From positions 1-21,549 of the forward strand of contig JAGUZM010000404.1 of the NCBI GenBank assembly GCA_020060805.1: a stretch of 21,549 bases of DNA, given 5' to 3'. This DNA is from Deltaproteobacteria bacterium (lineage in GTDB: Bacteria; Desulfobacterota; DSM-4660; Desulfatiglandales; HGW-15). The translations under genes and the position numbers were made by a program. The notes below the pieces were generated by a model, which searched no databases, had not been told where the DNA came from, and was given only the letters and a program-made list of their open reading frames with translations. Below, piece after piece: positions 8,760 to 16,350 of the stretch (position 1 is the first letter of the stretch; each line of letters begins with the position of its first letter).

Positions 8760-9092
8760 TTAAGAAAACTTCTCAGGCGGTCGCCGCTCGGGAACATATT
8801 GAATCGGGGTTTTTCCTTCATTCCACGCCTTCGAGACATAGAGATTGCAATAACAGCTCCCGAACTCCTTCACATCAGGCACCCGGTAGACGCAAGGGCA
8901 GATGATGTCCTGGTCTTTTAGACGGTCTCCTGACGAGAGCCTGCAAGGGCAACACATATACCCATAGCGTTTCCTGTTTTCGATCAACGAGGCCAGGAGG
9001 TCAAAAACCCTTTCCCTGTCTTTGTTGAAATAATAGCCCTTCGGTTCCTGAACCTTTTTCAGGTTCTCATACAGTTTCTCCACCTCGTTCAT
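8760..9092 (-). CDS. Ferredoxin:thioredoxin reductase catalytic subunit-like [4Fe-4S] protein
   Basis: CPC-x14-CPC-x12-CYC arrangement in 'YMCCPCRLSSGDRLKDQDIICPCVYRVPDVKEFGSCYCNLYVS'. Confidence 0.85.
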   Translation of the reverse strand: MNEVEKLYENLKKVQEPKGYYFNKDRERVFDLLASLIENRKRYGYMCCPCRLSSGDRLKDQDIICPCVYRVPDVKEFGSCYCNLYVSKAWNEGKTPIQYVPERRPPEKFS

Positions 9093-9340
9093 AGTCCGAG
9101 AGCCTCCTTGATCTCTTTCTCCTTGAAGCCCACGATGACCTTATCACCGATGATGATGGTGGGAAAAGAACACCGGGGGTTCAGTTTCCTCACGTCCTCC
9201 AGGATGGCGGTCCTCTCTTCGCCCTCGAGCATATCCACGTCCGTGAATTCGTACTTGACGGCGCATTCGTCCAGGAATTTCTTGGTCGCCTTGCAGTGAC
9301 TGCATGTGCTCAGCGTGTACATCTTGATGCTTTCTTTCAT
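9089..9340 (-). CDS. Glutaredoxin family protein
   Basis: MKESIKMYTLSTCSHCKATKKFLDECAVKYEFTDVDMLEGEERTAILEDVRKLNPRCSFPTIIIGDKVIVGFKEKEIKEALGL with CSHC active site and cis-Pro 'SFPT'. Stop overlaps the FTR start (ATGA). The track start at 9427 is extended. Confidence 0.9.
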   Translation of the reverse strand: MKESIKMYTLSTCSHCKATKKFLDECAVKYEFTDVDMLEGEERTAILEDVRKLNPRCSFPTIIIGDKVIVGFKEKEIKEALGL

Positions 9341-9359
9341 CAGCGTCGCTCCTTTCTCG

Positions 9360-10193
9360 TCAGGCTTCGCCTTCCATGAGGCGACCCAGGGATGCAAGAT
9401 GCCTCTTTTCTTCTTCCCCAAGGTCATGAAAGACGGCCTTGCTACGATGGTCTTGGCTTTTCCGTGAATAACGCAGGTAGAGATCGAGGGCCTGGGTTTC
9501 GAGCATCATGGCGATACCCAGGACGTTTTCCCTAGTATTCATCGCTTCCTTATTCTGCTCCATGAACTCCTCGGTCGTGAATCCCCCTTCCATGAGTTTC
9601 GAAACGATGCGGGTTTCGAACTGCCCCTGATCCGTTACGGTCCTATCGAGGGTCTGATACAGGTTGAAGAGCTTTTGGCGGTGATTCTCTTCGATGCCGG
9701 CCAACCGTTTCAGAAGGCTTTTTACCTCTGGCTGAGGGGTGGTTTCCGCGATCGCGGTATACCACTCAGACAACCCGGTCTCCATGCCGTATGCAAGAAC
9801 CACCACCTCCGGCGGCTTTTCATCTCCCTTCAGGTAGGCCATTCCCATTTCCGCTGGGCCGAAGGCTGTTCGGCCCTGCCAGGCGGTAATGCCCCCTTTG
9901 AGGTTGTACACTTCCTTGAAGCCCTCACCGGCCAGGAGTTGCGCAGCAGCACGGCTGCGCGCGCCGGTGGCTCAGTACGCAATCACGGGTTTCTGGGGAT
10001 CGAGTTCCCCATTACGGTTGAGGAGCTCCGGCAAGGGGATCAAAACGGCCCCCGGGATGTGCGACTTTTCGTATTCAGAAGGCTGGCGAACGTCAAGAAG
10101 GGAATAGGTTCCTTCTTTGTGTGTATTGATGTAGGTTTTCGCCTCTTCGGCGTTCATGGTGTTGACGGGTGTGAAAAATTTCAACCACTTCAC
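9360..10193 (-). CDS. Probable selenoprotein: rhodanese domain with Sec (TGA) at the catalytic position, fused to a ferritin-like domain
   Basis: GTG 10193 gives MKWLKFFTPVNTMNAEEAKTYINTHKEGTYSLLDVRQPSEYEKSHIPGAVLIPLPELLNRNGELDPQKPVIAY, then TGA (9974-9972), then in the same frame ATGARSRAAAQLLAGEGFKEVYNLKGGITAWQG and a ferritin-like C-terminus ('AYGMETGLSEWYTAI..', 'IEENHRQKLFNLY', 'LETQALDLYLRYS', 'GEEEKRHLASL'). The TGA replaces the Cys of the usual C-x-x-G-x-R loop. Confidence 0.8.
9926..9971 (-). promoter_or_regulatory. Candidate bacterial SECIS element immediately downstream of the in-frame TGA
   Basis: Minus strand after TGA: GC-CACCGGC-GC-GCGCAGC-CGTGCT-GCTGCGC-AACTCCTG-GCCGGTG. Perfect 7-bp outer stem (9969-9963/9932-9926) and perfect 7-bp inner stem (9960-9954/9947-9941). 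The 6-nt loop begins 19 nt after the TGA and has G as its second nucleotide. Confidence 0.65.
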
Positions 10194-10545
10194 GACAGCA
10201 ACCCCTTGGCGTTCAATCGGTCATCGCCCCAGAACCTACTATGGGACGCCTGAAATCTCAAGCAAAACGTGGGCGAGGAAAGGGCGTTTCCTTTGGCGTG
10301 CCCGGTTTTGAAAATCAAGCAGCAATATAATCACTGGATCAGCGCCTACAACCCCTTCTGCTTAAACCCGGGGGAGTGGGCTGCGACCGATCGAGGGATA
10401 CCTTGTCAACCGCCCTGGCGGGGTTTAATATAGGGAAAGAATTAGCCCGGATCTTCGGTCCCACCAGCAGTACGGGGGATCCAGCTGCGAAGCTTGTCCA
10501 ATAACTCCCTCCTTAGAGGGAGAGGGGATTTGGGTTGTCGGGCAG

Positions 10546-10629
10546 CCTCCGTAACGTCCTTCGAGCGGTAAGGGGGCGCTGGGATCGCACCGGGGAAGCC
10601 CCGACAGAACCGATGATGCGGTGGGGAGG
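10546..10629 (+). promoter_or_regulatory. Possible structured 5' leader that could sequester the SD of the MoxR-like gene
   Basis: CCTCC (10546-10550) is complementary to the SD GGAGG (10625-10629). The interior is GC-rich with local hairpins (CCTT..AAGG, CGGGG-AAG-CCCCG). No known riboswitch class recognised. Confidence 0.25.
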
Positions 10630-10640
10630 TGAATCATCTC

Positions 10641-11522
10641 ATGGAAAAAGTGGTCATAGAGGGAGTGGAACTGCACCTGACGCAGCCGGATGACGTTCCC
10701 ATGGTTTGGGTCGGCCAGGATGAGCTTGTCACCCAGGTCCTGGCAGCATGGCTCGTCATCGGCGACGATGATTTGCCCCTCCATCCGAGGCTCGTTGGAA
10801 AACCGGGCGTCGGCAAAACCACCCTGGCCTACCATGCGGGCCGTAAGCTCGGGAAACCGGTGTACCTTTACCAGGCGACGATGGACACGCGGCCGGAGGA
10901 CCTCATCGTGACCCCGGTGATCTCGGAAGCGGGCAAGATCAAGTACATGGCAAGCCCCATCGTTTCAGCCATGATCAAAGGGGGTGTGGCGGTCATCGAC
11001 GAAGGAAACAGGATGAGCGAGAAAAGCTGGGCCTCCCTCGCGCCGCTGATGGACAGCAGGCGCTACGTGGAATCCGTCGTTGCAGGAATCAAGATCAAAG
11101 CCCATCCCGAGTTCAGGCTCTGCACAACCATGAACGATGACGCCAGCACCTTTGAGCTTCCGGATTACATCCATTCGAGGCTCCAGCCGCAGATCTTCAT
11201 CGACTTTCCGGAAAGGGATGAAGAACTCCTCATCCTCAGGGCCAATCTGCCCTTTGCCGAGGAGGGGGTCCTGCAGTACGTGGTGGATTTTCTGCAGGCT
11301 GCCCATGAAATGGATGAGCGCTATTCGGTCAGGGACGGGATCAACATCGCCCGGTACGCCTTGAAAAGGCTTGTGGAGAGCGGCGAACGCCTCACCTCCC
11401 AGGAGCGGACGGAGAGGGTCGTTCAGTACATGAAAGAGGCTGCCACGATGATCCTGGATCCCAACGCCGCCCGGTATTTCAAGGACACGGTGGACTCCGG
11501 CGATGACGAAGAACAGGATTGA
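10641..11522 (+). CDS. MoxR-like AAA+ ATPase (AAA_5 type)
   Basis: Walker A 'GKPGVGKTTL', Walker B 'GGVAVIDEGNRM', sensor region 'FRLCTTMNDD'. ATG 10641 with upstream GGGAGG; GTG 10629 is the alternative. Confidence 0.85.
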   Translation: MEKVVIEGVELHLTQPDDVPMVWVGQDELVTQVLAAWLVIGDDDLPLHPRLVGKPGVGKTTLAYHAGRKLGKPVYLYQATMDTRPEDLIVTPVISEAGKIKYMASPIVSAMIKGGVAVIDEGNRMSEKSWASLAPLMDSRRYVESVVAGIKIKAHPEFRLCTTMNDDASTFELPDYIHSRLQPQIFIDFPERDEELLILRANLPFAEEGVLQYVVDFLQAAHEMDERYSVRDGINIARYALKRLVESGERLTSQERTERVVQYMKEAATMILDPNAARYFKDTVDSGDDEEQD

Positions 11523-13332
11523 GTGGAAAAACATCCGCTTTGTGCCTGTCCTTCACGGGCGGATGGAATTGGCCCTGGAGGTGAGGAGACAGTTCCGGGA
11601 GTTCAAGCCCGACCAAGTGGCGGTGGAATACCCCCATACCCTGCAGGACCAGATCCTTCGAGGAGTCAAGAGACTCCCCCTTCTCTCCGTTGTCTATTAT
11701 CAGGAGAGCGACGGCGCCTTCATTTACCTCCTTCTGGAGCCGACAGATCCGCTGGTGGAGGCTGTCAGGCTCGCCCTGGAAAACAACGTTCCGGTTCACT
11801 TCGTAGACCGGGACACGGAAGGCTATCCCCTTGATCGGTCCCCTATGCCTGACCCGTATGCGATCACCCGCATCGGTCATTACCTCTTCTGCCAGGCTTA
11901 CCTCAAGACCCGGGAGGGCGAGATGCCGTTCCTGGAAGACTCCCTCCGGGAGAAGACGATGGCCTACCATCTCCAGCGGCTGAACAGAGCAGGGGGGAAG
12001 ACCCTTTTCGTGGGCGGCCTGTACCACCTCCCCGGGATTCTTTCCAACATCGAAGGGCCCCAGGCGGAGGTAATCGGCAGGAAGCACAGGGAAGGGGCTG
12101 GACTGGCCCATCTACATCAGGACTCCAGCGCGGAAGTGTTGACAGAAATGCCCTTTCTGGTGGCAAGGTATGAGCGCTTCAGGGGTGCAGGGGGCGCGGA
12201 AGACCCTGACAGGCTCAAGGTTCATAACGAACTCATCGGCCTTGCCCGCAGGAGCCACTGGAAGAACAACAAAGAGGAATTATCCCGCCTTCAGGTCAGG
12301 ATCATGCACAAGTTTGCCAGGAACTATGCCCTTGTCACGGGCGGGCTGGTGCCCAGTTTCTACCAGCTCCTCGTGGCTGCCCGGGGAGCTGCGGATGACA
12401 ATTTTGCGTATGAACTTTGGGAAAAGGGGAGCGAATACCCGTGGCAGGCAGAGCAGCCCGGGCTGCCCATCATGCGCCTCAGCGGTGAGGATCTTTTCCT
12501 CGACCAGAAAAGGATACGATTCCACCGGAGGCTGAAGGCCTTCCGCAGGCGCCTGGTTCCGGTTCCCGTGAAGAAGAGGATAAGGGAGAAGACCCCGGGG
12601 GAATGGAAGAAAAGCTTCGACCACCTCTTCATCTGCTCTTATCCGCCCGAGGACGTGGTCGTGGAGGGTTACGGCCAATACCTCCAGAAAAAGGCCCTGG
12701 AGATCAAGTCTGAGGAGAACAGCCGGAGCGTTCCTTTTGTCAGTTCCATGATGGATGGGATCGATATCCGGGAGACCGTCAGGAACTGGGCCGAAGCGAA
12801 GATCTACGTGAAGGAGGGGAGGCCTATCCGGGGGAAGGTGGGATCCGTGGTCATGATTTTTGACCCTGACATGGCGGGAAAGGACGGGAAGGAAAATTTT
12901 CCCTGGAAGGTCACCTGGCTCGGTGAGCACGAACAGGAATCAGACATGGCTTTTTACAGCACCCCGGCCGGCGGCGTCATGGACGGGCCGGGTATTTCCC
13001 GGTGCCAGTACGGAGGCTTCATGCTCACCTATCCTCCGCTGAGGGTTTTGGATATATGGCAGGATCCCTTTTTCAACGTGGCGAGGAATAAACCGGAAAG
13101 GCTTCTCATGGCCGCCATAGACTACAGCGCGGAAAAACATGTGGTCTACGTCGCAGCCGACCCTCCCTCGGGATGGTGCCAGACCATGGCCGCGAAGCTG
13201 GGAAAGAAGATCATCTACATGCCCATCGGCGTTTTTTCTCCCGTGGCTCTGAAAAAGATCCGCCAGTTCCACGTCCTTGCCGGCCACCACGTCCGCAGGT
13301 ACGCCAAGCAGTACATCAAAACCGCCTCATGA
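11503..13332 (+). CDS. TraB/PrgY/GumN-like domain protein with large uncharacterised C-terminal region
   Basis: 609 aa. N-terminus 'IRFVPVLHGRMELALEVRRQFREFKPDQVAVEYPHTLQD....VPVHFVDRD....LFVGGLYHLPGI' resembles the TraB/GumN/ChaN-like fold. Overlaps the ATPase CDS by 20 bp. Confidence 0.55.
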   Translation: MTKNRIEWKNIRFVPVLHGRMELALEVRRQFREFKPDQVAVEYPHTLQDQILRGVKRLPLLSVVYYQESDGAFIYLLLEPTDPLVEAVRLALENNVPVHFVDRDTEGYPLDRSPMPDPYAITRIGHYLFCQAYLKTREGEMPFLEDSLREKTMAYHLQRLNRAGGKTLFVGGLYHLPGILSNIEGPQAEVIGRKHREGAGLAHLHQDSSAEVLTEMPFLVARYERFRGAGGAEDPDRLKVHNELIGLARRSHWKNNKEELSRLQVRIMHKFARNYALVTGGLVPSFYQLLVAARGAADDNFAYELWEKGSEYPWQAEQPGLPIMRLSGEDLFLDQKRIRFHRRLKAFRRRLVPVPVKKRIREKTPGEWKKSFDHLFICSYPPEDVVVEGYGQYLQKKALEIKSEENSRSVPFVSSMMDGIDIRETVRNWAEAKIYVKEGRPIRGKVGSVVMIFDPDMAGKDGKENFPWKVTWLGEHEQESDMAFYSTPAGGVMDGPGISRCQYGGFMLTYPPLRVLDIWQDPFFNVARNKPERLLMAAIDYSAEKHVVYVAADPPSGWCQTMAAKLGKKIIYMPIGVFSPVALKKIRQFHVLAGHHVRRYAKQYIKTAS

Positions 13333-13349
13333 GCGGCGAAGTGTCCTGT

Positions 13350-13393
13350 CAAAAGTAGTGAGGTTTGCGAACAAAAGTAGTGAGGTTTGCGAA
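13350..13393. repeat. Two tandem perfect 22-bp repeats, candidate transposase end-binding sites (R1/R2-like)
   Basis: CAAAAGTAGTGAGGTTTGCGAA at 13350-13371 and again at 13372-13393. Confidence 0.8.
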
Positions 13394-13464
13394 AAGCACA
13401 GGAAATAAAAATCCTGTCCGATTTGGAGTTCAATCGGTCAGGTTTTGAGCCTCTGAAAAGGCCA

Positions 13465-13953
13465 TCAAACTACGGCATTAGAACCCCTTTCTGCCTGTAG
13501 ATGAGTCTTCAAAACGTAAAGGATCTGGACCTCCAAAGGCCTCATTTCTTCTTCACTGAGCGCCCGGATCTGGGCGAAAAGATCAGGATAAAGCTTAAAG
13601 TTTATGATTACCTCCAAATCGGGCCGTGGCTGCATTTTCTCAGGGCGGTCCTTACTAACCTTCACCTTTTTCCCTGTTCCCCTGGAGGCCAACGTCTTGC
13701 GCTTTAAGCGCATGCACTCGGAACACAAACGGTGCGAAGGAGTGATCGTCTGCCGTTGCTCGCACTCTTCACATAATCTGACCGGCTTCTCCTCCATATT
13801 GCTTTGCCCTCGTCTTAGTTCAACCACAAACGGATCTTCTTCACGCTCTCTTTCTACTCTCTCCCCACAGCTTTCGCATCTTAGTGACCTTGTTCTTCCA
13901 TGAACCAATCTACTCAGGCAGGCCGAATAGTGAACACACTCAGGATCGCGCAT
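13465..13953 (-). CDS. Phage-associated protein with several CxxC zinc-binding pairs
   Basis: 162 aa: 'RCESCGERVE', 'RLCEECEQRQTITPSHRLCSECMRLKRK', plus an N-terminal 'ECVHYSAC'. Confidence 0.5.
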   Translation of the reverse strand: MRDPECVHYSACLSRLVHGRTRSLRCESCGERVEREREEDPFVVELRRGQSNMEEKPVRLCEECEQRQTITPSHRLCSECMRLKRKTLASRGTGKKVKVSKDRPEKMQPRPDLEVIINFKLYPDLFAQIRALSEEEMRPLEVQILYVLKTHLQAERGSNAVV

Positions 13954-13976
13954 TTCAAAAGACTCGGCAAATCGAA

Positions 13977-15875
13977 CTAGACCAACTTAGCCTCCCTCAA
14001 CTCTACCAATATCCGGCTGCGACCATATTTGATTGCGCTGGCGAGGCCTTCATCGATTCGGCGTATAAGGTCTTCACTGCCTCCACCGGCGATATTAATG
14101 CTTCCAACGTCGAAATTCAAAATCATCCCGGCTGCCCCGCGCCCCATAGCCGCACCGCCGCTCACACCCTTCAGAACTTCGAACTGGGCTTCAAGAAGTT
14201 GCTTGCTTAGACCGTAGGCCTCTTTTTCTCCAGCGCCCGCATACATCCTGTAAGTCGTCACGTCGGTGAGAGGCCCGAAATCCCTGATCGCCCTGATCGT
14301 CGCCTGCATCGATGCTGTGAGGCTCGCTACTCCGGTAAGGTCGAGGGCATCCTGTATGACGCCACCTACACCCCGAAGGTCGTCCATCATTTCCTGTATC
14401 CCCACGGCCCAGGGCTTTGCAGGAGATTTCTTAATTTGAGGCTCGAACACGAAAGGATTCCGGCCCTCCTCCGCCGCCATGTAGTCAAAAAATTGGGCTG
14501 TACTCTGTGTCGCCTGAGCGATGCTCTCGCTTGCGTTTTGAGCAGCCTCCTGGATCGAATTGATAGTATCGACCACCTTCTCAGCGGCTGCCGAATAAGA
14601 TCCAGGCTGTGAAATAGGCATTCTCACAAAAGGACCTCCGGTCTCCGATGTGCTTTCTATCCCAGAAAGAAGCCTCTTCAGTTCAGGGAAATTGGAAAAC
14701 GCATACTCGCTCAAGCTCAGCTTTCCTGCCGCTACCGCCTGTGCTCCCTTGACCGAATTCTGTACTGCCTCGATGAGATGAAGTCCTGCTCCAAAAACAG
14801 CAAGCCCTTTTTTGCCGAATACGATTGCTGCTACAACTCCTCCCTCCTGAATCCACCCAGGAAGCGATTGAAACGTTTTATAAAGCTCTTCGCCTTTCGT
14901 TATTATTTTCGGCAGATACCTATCCGCGATGTCCGCCAATGAACCCACCGTCCTCACCAATCCCTTCGCCAAATCCAAGATCTCGTCAGCAGTCTTTTTT
15001 GCCCACTCTTGAAGTTTCCCTTCCGAATGAAGTTTATCCACCCGATCCACAACGCCTGCGAGGAAGGTTTCTAGTGACTTCATGACACCGGATTTCATCA
15101 CGAGGCGCTCAAACTCAGTCCAGTAGCTTTTGAGGCTCTCGGTCATTCCCGACCACGTCTTTTGTATCTTCTCTGACTGTCCACCGTAACGCTCCTGCAG
15201 ACCTTCGAATATTGCCTGCACTGCCGCCTTTGCGTTCAGGCTCGACGTCTCCACCTCGCCGAATTTCTTTTTTAGAATGTCGAACACCGGGACACCACGC
15301 TCTGCGAGCTGCATCAGCTCTTCTGCGCTCACCTTTCCTTTCGTGGCAATTTGCGCGAGAGCCCTGGCGATGCCCTGTAAAGTCTCTTCCGTGCCGCCCA
15401 ATGCGCTCATCGTATCGACAAGAATCGTCATCTGCTTAGTGGTTGGATCAAGCCCCATCGCCTTCATCATGATGAAGGTCTCAACCGCCTTCTGGGTATT
15501 CACAGGCATTTTGAGAGCCCACTCATTTAGCATCCTGAAGGTTTCTTCACCTTTCCCTTTTGTAAGAGTGTCAAGGCTGAGCGTCATCTTGTCGAACGAA
15601 GCAGCCGTGTTTACAAAACCAGAGGCAATCCGTTCTAGACGCCATCCCACAAAGGCCGTGGCCGCTATAGTTTTAAGGTTCACAAGCGACTTCCTGACTT
15701 CGCCGATCCTGCCCTTCACACCATCAAAGAGATTCTGGACCCGTTGCAGCCCAGGAGCGGCGCTTGTCCCGACCCCGGAAAGGTTCTTCGATGCGCCGTC
15801 GGTAAACTTCTTGATGTCAGCAAGGGCCTTGTCCACAGCGGCTTTCACGATGATCTCGACCGTATTCTCAGGCAT
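13977..15875 (-). CDS. Phage tail tape measure protein
   Basis: 632 aa. 'LVDTMSALGGTEETLQGIARALAQIATKGKVSAEELMQLAERGVPVFDILKKKFG' is the characteristic tape-measure N-terminal domain. Helical/hydrophobic body. Confidence 0.88.
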   Translation of the reverse strand: MPENTVEIIVKAAVDKALADIKKFTDGASKNLSGVGTSAAPGLQRVQNLFDGVKGRIGEVRKSLVNLKTIAATAFVGWRLERIASGFVNTAASFDKMTLSLDTLTKGKGEETFRMLNEWALKMPVNTQKAVETFIMMKAMGLDPTTKQMTILVDTMSALGGTEETLQGIARALAQIATKGKVSAEELMQLAERGVPVFDILKKKFGEVETSSLNAKAAVQAIFEGLQERYGGQSEKIQKTWSGMTESLKSYWTEFERLVMKSGVMKSLETFLAGVVDRVDKLHSEGKLQEWAKKTADEILDLAKGLVRTVGSLADIADRYLPKIITKGEELYKTFQSLPGWIQEGGVVAAIVFGKKGLAVFGAGLHLIEAVQNSVKGAQAVAAGKLSLSEYAFSNFPELKRLLSGIESTSETGGPFVRMPISQPGSYSAAAEKVVDTINSIQEAAQNASESIAQATQSTAQFFDYMAAEEGRNPFVFEPQIKKSPAKPWAVGIQEMMDDLRGVGGVIQDALDLTGVASLTASMQATIRAIRDFGPLTDVTTYRMYAGAGEKEAYGLSKQLLEAQFEVLKGVSGGAAMGRGAAGMILNFDVGSINIAGGGSEDLIRRIDEGLASAIKYGRSRILVELREAKLV

Positions 15876-15901
15876 CTTTTATCCTCCCCTTCTTCCCTCA
15901 T

Positions 15902-16267
15902 TCAGAGTGGCTTGTAACATCCTCTCACCCTTCTTCTCATGCACAGGCTACAGATATACCACTCGTTATTAAGCTCTTGCCCATCCATAATTCCGAGCAT
16001 CTCAAAAGCCCATCTATCCGCCGCCAACTCTTCCGCCTCATCTGGCCCATCGAACTTGTTAATGAGAACGTGCTTTATTTCGTGGAACAGAACGAAAAAA
16101 GCTAAATATGGGCACTTCAGGTTGTGTGGAGAGATGAGGATTCGGAAACTGCCGTCGCGGAATCTGTGCGCTTCCCCGGCATGATTGTTTTCTAGGTCGC
16201 AGACCATCACGTATCTGATACTTTGGCAATGGTCTTTTGCAATAGAAGTCAGGAAGTCATTTATCAT
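15902..16267 (-). CDS. ImmA/IrrE-like (M78) metallopeptidase domain protein
   Basis: 'YLAFFVLFHEIKHVLINKFDGPDEAEELAADRWAFEMLGI' has HExxH followed by the downstream E..AD..A helix. Confidence 0.7.
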   Translation of the reverse strand: MINDFLTSIAKDHCQSIRYVMVCDLENNHAGEAHRFRDGSFRILISPHNLKCPYLAFFVLFHEIKHVLINKFDGPDEAEELAADRWAFEMLGIMDGQELNNEWYICSLCMRRRVRGCYKPL

Positions 16268-16350
16268 CGATCACCCTTTCTTTGTAGAAGGAGGGCCTGA
16301 GCGGGAAAGAAGGAGGAAACCCGCTCAGGCCAGCACATGGCTGCGACGTG

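Noticed and set aside
9972-9974. TGA as a genuine stop producing a 73-aa truncated rhodanese and separate downstream ferritin gene
   Set aside because: The 20 codons between the TGA and the track's GTG start continue the canonical rhodanese sequence (ATGARSRAAAQLLAGEGFKE), which would be unexplained if the TGA terminated translation. A pseudogene or sequencing error remains possible and is listed as a refutation test.
10540-10625. tRNA (including tRNA-Sec) or molybdenum cofactor riboswitch in the GC-rich leader
   Set aside because: No T-loop GTTCRA / acceptor pairing for a tRNA, and the conserved Moco/cobalamin core motifs I know are not present.
10965-12930. Minus-strand ORFs (189, 210 and 216 aa) opposite the ATPase and 609-aa genes
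   Set aside because: Antisense to well-supported CDSs, with no recognisable motifs or ribosome-binding sites.
13350-13393. CRISPR-like repeats
   Set aside because: Only two contiguous copies without spacers and no cas genes in the window. Position at the element border fits transposase-binding sites instead.
14825-15972. Plus-strand ORFs within the tape measure gene (including a 231-aa ORF)
   Set aside because: Ser/Pro-rich antisense translations of a clearly coding tape measure gene.
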